Shown here piece after piece: positions 20,411 to 31,035 of a stretch of 64,000 bases of DNA. Source of the DNA: Candidatus Peribacteria bacterium. GTDB lineage: Bacteria > Patescibacteriota > Gracilibacteria > Peribacterales > Peribacteraceae. The stretch's first letter is position 1. Each line of letters opens with the position of its first letter. The position numbers were made by a program, and so were the translations under genes. The stretch covers positions 64,001-128,000 of the forward strand of contig JBEPVF010000001.1 in assembly GCA_041691135.1 (NCBI GenBank). The letters run 5' to 3'. The notes beneath the pieces were generated by a model. That model searched no databases, had not been told where the DNA came from, and saw nothing but the letters and a program-made list of their open reading frames with translations.

Positions 20411-22048
20411 TTAGTATTCCATATCTCCCATGCCTCCTCCCGGCATTGCGGGCATCGGCTTCTCTTTCTCCGGAATGTCAGTAACAGCCACTTCCAACGT
20501 GAGGAACATTGAGGCTACTGATGCGGCGTTCTGCAGTGCGCTGCGCGTGACTTTCTTTGGGTCGATGACCATTGCTTTGACGAGGTCCTCGTACTCGCCG
20601 GTCATCGCGTTGTAGCCGACGTTGCCCTTGTAGTTGCTCATCACTTTTTCGACGACTACTTTGCCTTCGACGCCGGCATTGTCGGCGATGTGGCGGGCCG
20701 GAGCTGACAAAGCGCCGCGGATGATTTCCACGCCGATTTGCTCGTCTTCATTCTTGAGCTTCAACTTATCAAGCGCTTCGATGGCGCGGATGTAGGCCGT
20801 GCCGCCACCCGGGACGATACCTTCCTCAGCTGCGGCGCGCGTTGCGGACAGAGCATCTTCCACGCGGTGCTGCTTCTCTTTCTGTTCGATTTCCGTCGCG
20901 GCTCCCACTTTGACGACAGCGACACCACCGCTCAACTTTGCGAGTCGCTCCTGGAGCTTTTCGCGATCGAAGTCGGACTTCGTGTTGTCGACAGCGGCCT
21001 TGATTTCGTTCTTGCGGGCTTCGATGTCTTTCTTGCTGCCAGCACCGTCGATGATGAGGCAGTTGTCCTTCGTCGCGACGACGCGGCGAGCCTGACCCAA
21101 GTCATCAGCCGTAGCATTTTCGAGCTTCAAGCCGACTTCCTCCGAGATCACGCGACCACCGGTGAGGACGGCGATGTCTCTGAGGATCTCTTTGCGGCGA
21201 TCGCCGAAGGCCGGAGCTTTGATGGCGAGTGTGCTGAATGTGCCGCGCAGTTTATTGAGTACGAGGGTGGTGAGCGCTTCTCCTTCCACCGTCTCGGCAA
21301 TGATGACCAGCTCCTTGCGACCCTTCTGGGCAAGTGACTCGAGCAACGGCAGGATTTCCTGGATGGAGGCGATTTTTTTGTCGGTGATGAGAATGTACGG
21401 GCGTTCGAATGTCGCTTTCATCGTCGCCGGATCGGTGACGAAGTACGGCGAAATATAACCCTGATCGAACTGCATGCCTTCGACGAATTCTTTTTCGAGG
21501 CCCAGCGTCTGTCCGGCCTCGACCGTGACGACGCCATCCTTGCCCACTTCGTCGATCACTTCGGCAATCACTTCGCCGATCTCCGGATCTTGTGCCGAAA
21601 TCGTGGCAACAGCGGCGTATTCCTCACGCTTGTTCACCGTCTTCTTCTGTGTATCCAAATGATCAACGACGGCATCGACGGCCTTCATGATGCCGTTCTT
21701 GATGCTGATCGCATTCTTGCCGCTGCCGAGGTGCTTAAGTCCCTCCTGCATAATGGCATGCGCGAGCACGGTAGCAGTTGTTGTTCCATCTCCGGCGGCG
21801 TCATTGGTCTTGGTGGCGGCCTGCTTCACCAATTCGGCACCCATATTTTCGTACGGATCCGGCAGTTCGATTTCTTTGGCGACGGTTACGCCGTCTTTGG
21901 TGACAGTCGGTCCGCCGTACTTTTTGTCGATGCATACGTTGCGGCCGAGCGGGCCCATCGTGGCGGATACGGCATTGGCGAGTTTGGTCACTCCCTTGAG
22001 GAGTTTTTCGCGCGCTTCGTTACTGAAGAGGAGTTGCTTGGCTGGCAT
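20411..22048 (-). CDS. groL: Chaperonin GroEL
   Basis: [24 protein letters not shown]-like tail. Confidence 0.99.
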   Translation of the reverse strand: MPAKQLLFSNEAREKLLKGVTKLANAVSATMGPLGRNVCIDKKYGGPTVTKDGVTVAKEIELPDPYENMGAELVKQAATKTNDAAGDGTTTATVLAHAIMQEGLKHLGSGKNAISIKNGIMKAVDAVVDHLDTQKKTVNKREEYAAVATISAQDPEIGEVIAEVIDEVGKDGVVTVEAGQTLGLEKEFVEGMQFDQGYISPYFVTDPATMKATFERPYILITDKKIASIQEILPLLESLAQKGRKELVIIAETVEGEALTTLVLNKLRGTFSTLAIKAPAFGDRRKEILRDIAVLTGGRVISEEVGLKLENATADDLGQARRVVATKDNCLIIDGAGSKKDIEARKNEIKAAVDNTKSDFDREKLQERLAKLSGGVAVVKVGAATEIEQKEKQHRVEDALSATRAAAEEGIVPGGGTAYIRAIEALDKLKLKNEDEQIGVEIIRGALSAPARHIADNAGVEGKVVVEKVMSNYKGNVGYNAMTGEYEDLVKAMVIDPKKVTRSALQNAASVASMFLTLEVAVTDIPEKEKPMPAMPGGGMGDMEY

Positions 22049-22093
22049 GAGAGAGGAATGAAGAATGTAAAATGGACAATGAGAAGAATCAGA

Positions 22094-22441
22094 TTATTTA
22101 CCCTCGACGAGTCCGAGGATCGAATCAAGGTGGAGAATTTTTACTTCGATATCTTTGCCATCGACGCTCTTGAGCTTCACATCGTCGCCGGCGTACTTGC
22201 CGAACAGGACCGTATCGCCGACTTTTACGAATTCGGATGGATTCACACTGTCTTTACCAATACCACCTTTGCCAACCGCGATCACGATTCCTTCCTGTGG
22301 CTTTTCGCCGGAAGCGGTATCGGGGATCACGATGCCCGAGGCGGTCACGCTTTCCTTTTCGAGCGGACGGACAACGACGCGGTCACCGATGGGTCGGATA
22401 TTGACGGCGAGTTTGGGAGTTTTCGATGTGGAGGTTGCCAT
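22094..22441 (-). CDS. groS: Co-chaperonin GroES
   Basis: IRPIGDRVVV, TASGIVIPDTA, VKVGDTVLFGKYAG. Confidence 0.98.
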   Translation of the reverse strand: MATSTSKTPKLAVNIRPIGDRVVVRPLEKESVTASGIVIPDTASGEKPQEGIVIAVGKGGIGKDSVNPSEFVKVGDTVLFGKYAGDDVKLKSVDGKDIEVKILHLDSILGLVEGK

Positions 22442-22510
22442 AGAAATGAAAGGGGAGTTGATAAGGAGAATAGATAAGTATGATGACGTTGAAGGGTAGT
22501 GAGTTGTGAT

Positions 22511-22550
22511 TTATCAGTCGGAATTCTAGAGTGATAACACTTGAAGTCAA
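22511..22550 (-). promoter_or_regulatory. groES promoter (TTGACT-N16-TAGAAT) overlapped by a CIRCE-like operator
   Basis: Minus strand TTATCACTC-N9-GACTGATAA at 22511-22537 versus CIRCE consensus TTAGCACTC-N9-GAGTGCTAA. Confidence 0.75.
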
Positions 22551-22707
22551 GGTTTGTTAATACATATACTGCCGGAAATTCCTGAAGATTACATTGATGA
22601 CTTATCCGGAATCACGATGCCAGGTGCATTGAGCACAAATCATCCGATGCTGGATTTGCAAATGAGCAATAGATCTTCGCGAGAAGAGTTCGTACACTTC
22701 ACTTGCA

Positions 22708-23256
22708 ATGAACTTCCTCCGCGTAATGATCAGAAAATTGTCGCACCGGCTCCGGGGCTTCACGCTCATCGAAATTATGATGGCGATTGCGATCATTTCG
22801 ATTCTCGCGACGATCGTCTACGGTTCTATCGGAAATGCCTTGGAAAAAGCGCGTTTTGCACGAGCGAAGGCGGAGTTGTCGGAAATCGCAAAGGCTGCCG
22901 AACAAATGGCGCTCAACAATGGCGGTATATGGCCGCCTGATGCCAGCCGTTCCTTGCCCTCCGGTATCGAAACATATCTTGGACCGGGTACGTGGCCCGA
23001 TGCCCCCTGGGATGGATCCGTGTTTGATTGGGACAACTTCGAAACAGACTTGGGCGAGCAGACGTATCAAATCTCCATACGCTTCTGCCCGCTTGGACTG
23101 CCCGATCAATGTAAATTCCCCGATGAGCCATGGGCCAAAGACTTCGATTACTACAGCAGCGTCTATTATTGCATCTATGGCCATTGCCGCGCACATATCA
23201 ATATGCCGGCGGATCATCCGGGTTTGTGTGTAAATTGCGGGGATAACGTTCAGTAA
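22708..23256 (+). CDS. Type IV pilin / pseudopilin-like protein
   Basis: RGFTLIEIMMAIAIISILATI prepilin cleavage motif; Cys-containing C-terminus. Confidence 0.9.
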   Translation: MNFLRVMIRKLSHRLRGFTLIEIMMAIAIISILATIVYGSIGNALEKARFARAKAELSEIAKAAEQMALNNGGIWPPDASRSLPSGIETYLGPGTWPDAPWDGSVFDWDNFETDLGEQTYQISIRFCPLGLPDQCKFPDEPWAKDFDYYSSVYYCIYGHCRAHINMPADHPGLCVNCGDNVQ

Positions 23257-23278
23257 CCAGATCAGAATTATTTTTTGC

Positions 23279-24529
23279 TCATGATCGTATTTGTCCATTG
23301 CCCCTGACGATCCATTTATAACTGGTCAGTTCTCGCAACCCCATCGGACCGCGTGCATGAAGTTTTTGCGTTGATATGCCGATCTCGGCGCCCATGCCGA
23401 ATTGTGCGCCGTCACTGAAGCCGGTGGAAGCGTTGGCGTACACGGCCGCAGCATCAACTTTTTTGAGGAATGTATCGATCGACTCCTGGCTCTGTGACAC
23501 GATCGCTTCGCTGTGCTTGGAACCATAGGCAGCGATGTGTGCCAGAGCTTCGTCGAGGTTTCCGACGGTCTTGATCGACATTTTCAGCGACAGGAATTCG
23601 GTACCGAAGTCTTCGGGCTTGGCACGCTGTAGAAGCGATTCATCATACTTACCATCGAGGATCGCATACGATTCGCCGTCGGCAAAAATTTCCACGCCAT
23701 GGTCACGCAATGGCGCCACAAGCATCGGCAAATCGGCCCGTCTGTCGCGATGGATGAGCAGCGTATCGAGTGCATTGCACACGCTCGGCCGACGTGTTTT
23801 GGCATTGAGAACGATGGCCGTGGCCATCGCGATATCGGCTGAGGTATCGACGAATGTATGGACAATGCCGGCACCCGTTTCGATCACCGGCACGCGCGCA
23901 TGCTCGCGAACATACTGGATCAAACTTGCGCTGCCGCGAGGAATGATAACATCAACGAATGCAGTTGCTTGCAACATCTCCAGTGTCTCTTCGCGCTCGG
24001 TGCCGAGCAGATGTAAGGCATACGGATCTACCTCATGCTTCTTCAATACTTTCTGAATTACGCTCACCAGTGCCTGATTGGAATGAATGGCGTCGCTGCC
24101 GCCTTTGAGGACGCAAGCGTTTCCAGATTTGAAACACAGAGCGAATGCATCGACCGTCACGTTCGGCCGGGCTTCGTAGATGATGCCGATCACGCCGAGA
24201 GGCACGCTGATTTTCGATAAATGTAATTTATTGGGACGCGTGCATTCTTCCAGGATCAATCCAAGCGGCGAGGGCAGCGCGGCCACGGTCTTCACATCTT
24301 CGGCAATGCTCTTGATACGCTCTTCGGTCAGTTGCAGCCGATCATATTTCGGGTCACCGGCGTCCATCGCATCCAAATCTTTTTGGTTCGCTTTCAAAAT
24401 GCTTTTGACCTGCTTCGTAAGCGCATCGGCAAGATCCTGCAGGATGGCAGTGCGCAGCTCGTCGGTGAGGTCGCTCAGTTGCAAACTTACGGCACGGGTC
24501 TTAGCCAGTGCTGCGGCAAGGGCACTCAT
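23279..24529 (-). CDS. proA: Gamma-glutamyl phosphate reductase
   Basis: [44 protein letters not shown]. Confidence 0.97.
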   Translation of the reverse strand: MSALAAALAKTRAVSLQLSDLTDELRTAILQDLADALTKQVKSILKANQKDLDAMDAGDPKYDRLQLTEERIKSIAEDVKTVAALPSPLGLILEECTRPNKLHLSKISVPLGVIGIIYEARPNVTVDAFALCFKSGNACVLKGGSDAIHSNQALVSVIQKVLKKHEVDPYALHLLGTEREETLEMLQATAFVDVIIPRGSASLIQYVREHARVPVIETGAGIVHTFVDTSADIAMATAIVLNAKTRRPSVCNALDTLLIHRDRRADLPMLVAPLRDHGVEIFADGESYAILDGKYDESLLQRAKPEDFGTEFLSLKMSIKTVGNLDEALAHIAAYGSKHSEAIVSQSQESIDTFLKKVDAAAVYANASTGFSDGAQFGMGAEIGISTQKLHARGPMGLRELTSYKWIVRGNGQIRS

Positions 24530-25314
24530 GACTCGAGCGACAGGGAACGCTGCTCGGCGGCATCCATAGCCGATGCAAAAATGGAAGCAAAATGTTCCTG
24601 CTCAAGCGACTGCAGTGCCGCTTCGGTCGTTCCGCCTTTCGAAGCCACGGCGTTCTTCAATTCCTCCGGCGACAACTCGCTTTTCTCCATCAGGAGGCCG
24701 CTGGCTGCCAATACTTCCCGACCGATCGAGCGGGCCGCCTCATCCGAAAAACCTTTGCGCTTGGCATTCTGTTCCAACTGTTCGGCAAGCAGAAAAAAGT
24801 ATGCCGGTCCCGAACCGGCAAGCGCAGTGAAGGCATCGATCATAGTCTCCACAGTCACTTCCGTCTGACTGCCCGTCGCCGCGAAAATCTGACGCGCGCA
24901 TTCTTTTTGCTCCTCCGTCACTTCCGGTCCCGCCATCCACGCCGTCATGCCGTGATGCACCTGCACGCCGAGGTTGGGCATGCAGCGGATCACATCGTTG
25001 GTATCGAGTGACTTCGTGAGTGTGCGCAGCGATACGCCGGCCATGATCGAAATGACTAATTTTCCATGGAGCGATCCGGCCAACTGCTTGGCGAGAGCGG
25101 AAAAAGATTGTGGCTTTACGGCAATCAAGACAACCTGCGCATCGCGAACTGCTTCCACCGGATTGTCGCTTTGTTTTGCGCTATGAAACTTCGACAACTG
25201 CTGGGCATCGCTTTCGCATAGTGACAACTGGTACTCCGGCATCGCAGCATGCAGGCTTTTTGCATACGCGCCGCCCATTTTTCCGATGCCGATGATGGCG
25301 ATTGAATGTGTCAT
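24526..25314 (-). CDS. proC: Pyrroline-5-carboxylate reductase
   Basis: GIGKMG, AVKPQ, RCMPN, GSGPAY, SKGGTT. Confidence 0.96.
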   Translation of the reverse strand: MTHSIAIIGIGKMGGAYAKSLHAAMPEYQLSLCESDAQQLSKFHSAKQSDNPVEAVRDAQVVLIAVKPQSFSALAKQLAGSLHGKLVISIMAGVSLRTLTKSLDTNDVIRCMPNLGVQVHHGMTAWMAGPEVTEEQKECARQIFAATGSQTEVTVETMIDAFTALAGSGPAYFFLLAEQLEQNAKRKGFSDEAARSIGREVLAASGLLMEKSELSPEELKNAVASKGGTTEAALQSLEQEHFASIFASAMDAAEQRSLSLES

Positions 25315-26396
25315 GCGTACAGGAAAAGATAATCGTAGTGTACCAGCGGCTTCTGATCTTTTTTACCCATGGCGTTTCGCGCTTCGTCAGCCGAGTAACG
25401 CGCGATGCCGAGGCCGATGCCATGGCCATCGGGGCCGCAAAGCTTTATCAGATCGCCTTTGTCGAAATTACCTTCAACTTTTGAAATTCCCACTGGTAGC
25501 AAGCTGACTGCCTGCTCCTTGGAGCCTAGGATGTCGACTGCGCCTTGATTCAAAACTACGCGACCTCGTGTGCGACCTTCGTTGCCGGCTACCCAGCGCT
25601 TGACGCTTGACGATGAACGCTTGGCCGGAAAAAGCGTTCCCACTTTTTCGCCATGCACAATACTGAGTAAGTTTCCGTCGATTCTTCCGGACGCGATATG
25701 AGCGGTGATGCCGAGCGCCGATGCACGCAGAGCAGTCTCACATTTGGTATGCATGCCGCCACGACCGAAGCTCGACTTTTCGGCCTTCAGATATTTTTTC
25801 CATTCCTGAGAACCGTTGTCGATTTGCGGCAGCAGCGTACAGGTCGGGTCGTTCGGATCGCCGGTATAGACGCCCTGTACATTCGTCAGGATGATCAGGC
25901 CGTTCGCATCGACCATTGCCGCAATCAGTCCGGCGAGTTCGTCGTTGTCGGTGAACATCAATTCGTTGATCGACACCGAATCGTTTTCGTTGACGATGGG
26001 AATGATGCCTTCACTCACCAGACTCGTCAGACATTTGCGCATGTTCAGGTAATGTTCGCGATCGCGAAAATCTTCCTTGGTCGCCAGCACTTGAGCTGCG
26101 ATGAAGTTTTCCTTCGAAAACAGATCGTCGTATGTCTGGACTAGTTTGATCTGTCCGACTGCCGCCAACACCTGCCTGGCGGCGATCCGGCTCATATCCA
26201 TCGACGGTTTCACGGCAGCACGCCCGGCTGCCATCGCGCCCGACGAAACGAAAATCACTTCCACTCCTTCGCGCTTCAGCTGAGCGATCTGTCCGGTGAG
26301 CGAGCGCAACACCTGCTGATCGAGCAATCCATCGTCACGTGTGATCACGTTCGTGCCGACCTTCACGACGATGCGCTGATACACGGGTTTTGTCAT
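25311..26396 (-). CDS. proB: Glutamate 5-kinase with PUA domain
   Basis: VVKVGT, SSGA, NENDSV, DND, GRGGMHTK; start placed at MTKPV. Confidence 0.96.
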   Translation of the reverse strand: MTKPVYQRIVVKVGTNVITRDDGLLDQQVLRSLTGQIAQLKREGVEVIFVSSGAMAAGRAAVKPSMDMSRIAARQVLAAVGQIKLVQTYDDLFSKENFIAAQVLATKEDFRDREHYLNMRKCLTSLVSEGIIPIVNENDSVSINELMFTDNDELAGLIAAMVDANGLIILTNVQGVYTGDPNDPTCTLLPQIDNGSQEWKKYLKAEKSSFGRGGMHTKCETALRASALGITAHIASGRIDGNLLSIVHGEKVGTLFPAKRSSSSVKRWVAGNEGRTRGRVVLNQGAVDILGSKEQAVSLLPVGISKVEGNFDKGDLIKLCGPDGHGIGLGIARYSADEARNAMGKKDQKPLVHYDYLFLYA

Positions 26397-26487
26397 GGTG
26401 CAGCCATTATGAGGCCGTTTTGGTATTTGTCGACTGATTCGGAAGCCTGAGATGTAATCGGTCACTCGCTCGGCTACACTTCCCGCC

Positions 26488-27633
26488 ATGGTCACATTCC
26501 ATCCTCCTGCTCTGCGGAGAAACAGCGGCGACAACGAACGTCGCGCCACGTGGCTCGAGCTCTTTTACGATTTGGTATTCGTCATCGCCGTCGCCCAGGT
26601 GAGCAGTCGCTTCGACCATGATCAGACGTTCCGCAGCATGCTGCACGACATCTTTATTTTCCTGCCGGTGTGGTGGGGCTGGGTCGGTTTCGTCATCTAT
26701 TCCAACCGTTTCGATACCGACGATCTGACGTACCGCGTGCTCACGTTGCTCCAGATGTTCGGCGCGCTCGCCATGGCGCTCACGTTGCACGGCGCACTCG
26801 AAGGCAGCGCACACGCCTTCGCATTGTCGTATATTTTCGTGCGTGTAATCCTCCTGATTTCGTATGCGCGTGCCTGGTGGTACGTACCGGAAGCGCGAAA
26901 GGTGACCTCCTTCTATTTACTCGGTTTCGGTACCGGCGTGGCTCTGTGGATTGCGTCGGAATTTCTGTCGGCGCCAGCCGAATTCTGGCTGTGGTTCGCA
27001 GGTCTCGGGCTCGACTTCGTTCTGCCCTGGATCGCCGTGCGATTGCTTTCCAAGACGCCGATCGATTCCAAACATCTGCCCGAGCGTTTCGGTCTCTTCA
27101 CCATTATCTTGCTCGGCGAACAAATGCTCGCCATCGCGCGATCCATTGTCGGCGAGCATTGGACGGAGCCGATCATCGTTGCGGGGATTGCCGCTTTCGT
27201 CATCGCTGCCTGCACGTGGTGGATTTACTTCGTGTATCTGGAATTCTGGCAACAGAGCTTATGCATGAACGGCGGCCAGCCGTTCATCTACGGACACTTG
27301 CCGCTGGCCGTCGGCCTCCTTATTTGCAGTGTGGCTGTTGAGCATGCGATACCCGAGGCCGCTGAACACCTTTCATCTTTTACCACCTATTTCATGGTGG
27401 GCGGTATGGCTCTCTGGCTCTCGGCCATTGCGCTCCTCGATGTAACCACCACGCATAGTCGTCAGTCCAACCTTTTCCCGTGGCCGCCTCTTGTAGCTGC
27501 TCTGTTGATGATTGTTCTGGCTTTGGTCGGTCATCTAACTTCCTCTATGACCCTCGCTGCCATCGCCGTGATCCTTCTGGCTTCCATTGTGATGGAAGAA
27601 TGGCGACTGCATGCGGTGGGATCGCATAGTTAA
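26488..27633 (+). CDS. Low temperature requirement protein A (LtrA) family
   Basis: ATWLELFYDLVFV and HLPERFGLFTIILLGE. Confidence 0.9.
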   Translation: MVTFHPPALRRNSGDNERRATWLELFYDLVFVIAVAQVSSRFDHDQTFRSMLHDIFIFLPVWWGWVGFVIYSNRFDTDDLTYRVLTLLQMFGALAMALTLHGALEGSAHAFALSYIFVRVILLISYARAWWYVPEARKVTSFYLLGFGTGVALWIASEFLSAPAEFWLWFAGLGLDFVLPWIAVRLLSKTPIDSKHLPERFGLFTIILLGEQMLAIARSIVGEHWTEPIIVAGIAAFVIAACTWWIYFVYLEFWQQSLCMNGGQPFIYGHLPLAVGLLICSVAVEHAIPEAAEHLSSFTTYFMVGGMALWLSAIALLDVTTTHSRQSNLFPWPPLVAALLMIVLALVGHLTSSMTLAAIAVILLASIVMEEWRLHAVGSHS

Positions 27634-27808
27634 CCGCCGTCAAAATCGCTTAGCATCGCGAGGAAATCTGCTACCATAACGCGGCCTTAGGGCGATCTGT
27701 TCATTCTGTACAAAGTTGCCGACCAGCCTACGCTCTCTGGAGCTCTGGCCCGGCAGGCGTGGCTCATCCAAAAGGGCCATTCAGTATTTGTTCTTTCTTT
27801 ACAAAGTT

Positions 27809-27895
27809 GCCGACGTGGCGGAATTGGTAGACGCGCACGCTTCAGGAGCGTGTATCTTTACGGATGTGAGAGTTCGAGTCTCTCCGTCGGCACCA
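27809..27895 (+). tRNA. tRNA-Leu(CAG)
   Basis: GCCGACG/CGTCGGC acceptor stem, CACGC-TTCAGGA-GCGTG anticodon arm, encoded CCA. Confidence 0.96.
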
Positions 27896-28012
27896 TTCGA
27901 CTCGCAGCCAGCAAGCTGGCGAGCTCGCTCATGGTAAACCACGATCTTTTCTTTCGAGCGAGTCGAATGACCCTGAGTGAGGAGCACCGCAGTGCGACGA
28001 ATCGAAGGGCCC
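27894..28012. repeat. REP-like palindromic cluster between the tRNA and the GIY-YIG gene
   Basis: 12-bp inverted repeat CATTCGACTCGC (27894) / GCGAGTCGAATG (27958), plus a CCCTGAG...TCGAAGGG element. Confidence 0.6.
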
Positions 28013-28055
28013 AACAAAACACTTACCAAACATTCATACTCACCAATTTTTAAAT

Positions 28056-28319
28056 ATGAACAAAGTCGAATGGTTTGTTTACATTGGACAAGTGCCAACT
28101 GGTAGATACTACACAGGTATCACTACTGATCTCAAACGACGCATTAAAGAACATAACTCTAATGAAGGGGCTAAATTTGCTCATGATCAAGGGGCATTGA
28201 GACTTGTCTATACTTCGCCGCCCTTTCCGGATCAGTCCTTTGCCCGCTATCGGGAAGCACAAATCAAAGGCTGGTCTCGAGCCAAGAAAGAAAAACTGAT
28301 TAGAGGTGAGTGGCAATAA
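28056..28319 (+). CDS. Small GIY-YIG nuclease (UPF0213-like)
   Basis: WFVYI, YYTGITTDLKRRIKEHN, REAQIKGWSRAKKEKLI. Confidence 0.92.
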   Translation: MNKVEWFVYIGQVPTGRYYTGITTDLKRRIKEHNSNEGAKFAHDQGALRLVYTSPPFPDQSFARYREAQIKGWSRAKKEKLIRGEWQ

Positions 28320-28489
28320 CTGCTAAATTTGTTTATCGGGTTAGCCTGTTTGGCTTTGGCAAGCTGGGAAGGGTGGAGTGTATGGCGTTCCTTCCGCAAG
28401 CTAAAGCAAAGGTGAGCGAAGTGGAAAGAGATATTTCGTTTGAGGGAAGCCAAAATACAAGCAGGTGAACTATCTGTTATACTTTCGAT

Positions 28490-30166
28490 ATGTCAATGAC
28501 ATGCAAACAATGCAGCAATGCGTTTATGGTGACGTCGGAAGATCTGACTTTGCTCGACAAGATGGCGCCTGTGTTTGAGGGGCAGAAGCAAAGTATCCCT
28601 GCTCCAACACTCTGTCCGCCTTGCCGCGAGCAGAGGCGATTGAGTTTTCGGAATCAGCAGACGTTATATCGCCGGCCGTGTGCGCTATGTGGTCAGAAGA
28701 TTATTGCTATCTACTCAGCCGAAAAGCCCCATGTCGTGTACTGCCCCACTTGTTGGTGGTCCGATAAATGGGACGGGCTCACGTTCGGCGCCGATGTTGA
28801 TCTAGAGGAATCTTTTTTCGATCAGTTTGTACGGCTCATGCAGAAAGTTCCGCACATTAGTGCGCTACAGGTGAATTGTCAGAATAGTGACTACACGAAC
28901 CAGTCATACAACAATCGTGATTCGTATCTGTCATCGGCCATCAAAGATTGCGACGCCGTACTCTACGTTCAAAACGCCAATAAGATTTCGGATTGTCTCG
29001 ATGCATCGTACTGCTTTGATTCCCAGTTGCTCTACGAATGCACTGATGTGTCCAATTCCTATGATTGCTTTTTCTTGCGCAATTGCATCCAGTGCACCGA
29101 GTCGCAATTTCTCTACGACTGCAACAGCTGTACCAATTGCTTCGGCTGCGTAGGGCTGCGCAATAAACAGTATCACTTCTTTAATCAGCCGCTCTCCAAA
29201 GATGAATACACGGCGAAGATTCAGGGGCTTCAGCTGCATACTTTTACGGGTATTCAGAGCGCAAAACGGAGTTTCGCCGAGTTTGCACTCAAGTTTCCAC
29301 ATGTCTATGCGTGGCTCAAAAACTGCGAGAATGTGACCGGAAACAATGTTCGTAACAGCAGCAACTGCGTTCAATGTTTCGATTCCACCGATCTGCAAGA
29401 TTGTCGGTACAGCACGTGGATTTTCGTCTGCAAAGACGCGATGGATTGCTATGGCATGGGTGAGAGCGAATTGGTCTACGACTGTGTCGGCGTCGAAGAG
29501 GTGCAGCATGTCGCTTTCAGTTTCGGTACAAGTTCCTCGCAAGATTGTTTCTATACCGATCTTTGTTTTTCCAGCAAAAATCTGTTCGGTTGCGTGGGTC
29601 TGCGCAATCAAAAATACTGCATTTTGAATAAACAATACTCGCAAGAAGAATACGAAACACTGGTACCGAAGATCATCGAACGCATGAAGCAGCGCGGCGA
29701 GTACGGTGAATTTTTTCCGGCATCCGTATCGGCATTTGCCTACAACGAAACTAAAGCACAGGAGGATTATCCGCTTACCAAAGGCGAGGCGATCGCCAAG
29801 GGCTTTCGTTGGAAAGACGACATCGACGAAATGCCGACGGTCGAGAAAATTATTCCTGCCGCAATGCTGCCGGATTCGATCGACGACATTCCCGAAGATA
29901 TTCTGAACTGGGCGATCCAGTGTGCCGACACACAGCGTCCGTTTCGCATTACAAAGAAGGAGCTGGAATTCTATCGTCAGCGGCGCCTGCCAGTTCCGCG
30001 GCTGCATCCGGATATCCGCCGCCGTCAGCGTACCGAAGCCCGAAACCCGCATCAGCTGCAAACGCGGCAGTGCGATAAGTGCCACAAAGAAATCCAGACG
30101 ACCTACGCCGCTGGTCGACCCGAGATCGTGTTCTGCGAAGAATGCTATTTGAAGGAGATGTACTAA
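28490..30166 (+). CDS. Cysteine-rich conserved hypothetical protein of the kind common in CPR genomes
   Basis: PTLCPPCREQRR, CWWSDKWD, repeated CFGCVGLRNKQY, AYNETKA, FCEECY. Confidence 0.85.
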   Translation: MSMTCKQCSNAFMVTSEDLTLLDKMAPVFEGQKQSIPAPTLCPPCREQRRLSFRNQQTLYRRPCALCGQKIIAIYSAEKPHVVYCPTCWWSDKWDGLTFGADVDLEESFFDQFVRLMQKVPHISALQVNCQNSDYTNQSYNNRDSYLSSAIKDCDAVLYVQNANKISDCLDASYCFDSQLLYECTDVSNSYDCFFLRNCIQCTESQFLYDCNSCTNCFGCVGLRNKQYHFFNQPLSKDEYTAKIQGLQLHTFTGIQSAKRSFAEFALKFPHVYAWLKNCENVTGNNVRNSSNCVQCFDSTDLQDCRYSTWIFVCKDAMDCYGMGESELVYDCVGVEEVQHVAFSFGTSSSQDCFYTDLCFSSKNLFGCVGLRNQKYCILNKQYSQEEYETLVPKIIERMKQRGEYGEFFPASVSAFAYNETKAQEDYPLTKGEAIAKGFRWKDDIDEMPTVEKIIPAAMLPDSIDDIPEDILNWAIQCADTQRPFRITKKELEFYRQRRLPVPRLHPDIRRRQRTEARNPHQLQTRQCDKCHKEIQTTYAAGRPEIVFCEECYLKEMY

Positions 30167-30209
30167 TTGGCCCTTTCCGGTCGTTCGCTTCGTCCTTATA
30201 ATAGTTTAC

Positions 30210-30605
30210 ATGAAAGCCGCCATCGTTCTCGACGAGACACTGCCTCCGGGCCTACTCGCTAATGCCGCTGCCTGTATCACCACAGGAATTTTCCATGGTG
30301 CCGAAGAAGCATTAGGTGAGGAGATTGAAGGAGAGGATTGTACTTTCATATCGATCACCAAAATTGGCATTCCTGTTCTTCGTAAAGGGCACAAAGAGTT
30401 TGGTGAGTTACTTGAGCGCGCGAAAAATAATAATCTCAAGACAATGGTGTTCACACGTGAAGCACAATCAACGAATAGTTACGATGAATATGCTGAGCGC
30501 GTGCGCGGCAAGAAATTAGAAGATCTGACAATCATCGGCATCGGAGTACTTGGAGAAGATGCACTCGTGACAAAATTTGCGGGTGACCTGCCTCTGCTTC
30601 GCTAG
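30210..30605 (+). CDS. DUF2000-like protein
   Basis: KAAIVLDETLPPGLLANAAAC...GDLPLLR. Confidence 0.75.
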   Translation: MKAAIVLDETLPPGLLANAAACITTGIFHGAEEALGEEIEGEDCTFISITKIGIPVLRKGHKEFGELLERAKNNNLKTMVFTREAQSTNSYDEYAERVRGKKLEDLTIIGIGVLGEDALVTKFAGDLPLLR

Positions 30606-30968
30606 CTACTTTGCGGGCACAAATCGCATCGACAAAGAATTCACACAATGACGTGTGTCTTTTTCTGTCATGCGTTCGCCCGTAAATACATGTCCCAAGT
30701 GCCCGCCACAATTCGCACACTCAATTTCGGTGCGCGAACCATCAGCATCAGGCAATTGTTTGACTGCTCCGGGAATCGCATCATCGAAAGCCGGCCATCC
30801 GCAGCCCGCATCAAACTTGTCGGTGGATCGATAGAGCTCCGCACCACAGCGCTTGCAGATGAATGTCCCTTTTTCGTCGAAATTATCGTATTCGCCAGTA
30901 AAAGGCGCTTCGGTTCCCTTATCTTCGATAATTCTCTTTTCCTCGTCAGTGAGCGGATTAATCGACAT
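30606..30968 (-). CDS. msrB: Methionine-R-sulfoxide reductase
   Basis: GTEAPFTG, GCGWPAF, HLGHVF, RHCVNS. Confidence 0.96.
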   Translation of the reverse strand: MSINPLTDEEKRIIEDKGTEAPFTGEYDNFDEKGTFICKRCGAELYRSTDKFDAGCGWPAFDDAIPGAVKQLPDADGSRTEIECANCGGHLGHVFTGERMTEKDTRHCVNSLSMRFVPAK

Positions 30969-31035
30969 ATGTCCATTGTATCACAACACAGTGCGAGATA
31001 GTTGACCCTCTCCTAAGAAAAGGAACAATAGCTGC

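Noticed and set aside
22555-22707. c-di-GMP-type riboswitch upstream of the pilin gene
   Set aside because: Small hairpins only; the GEMM consensus elements are not present.
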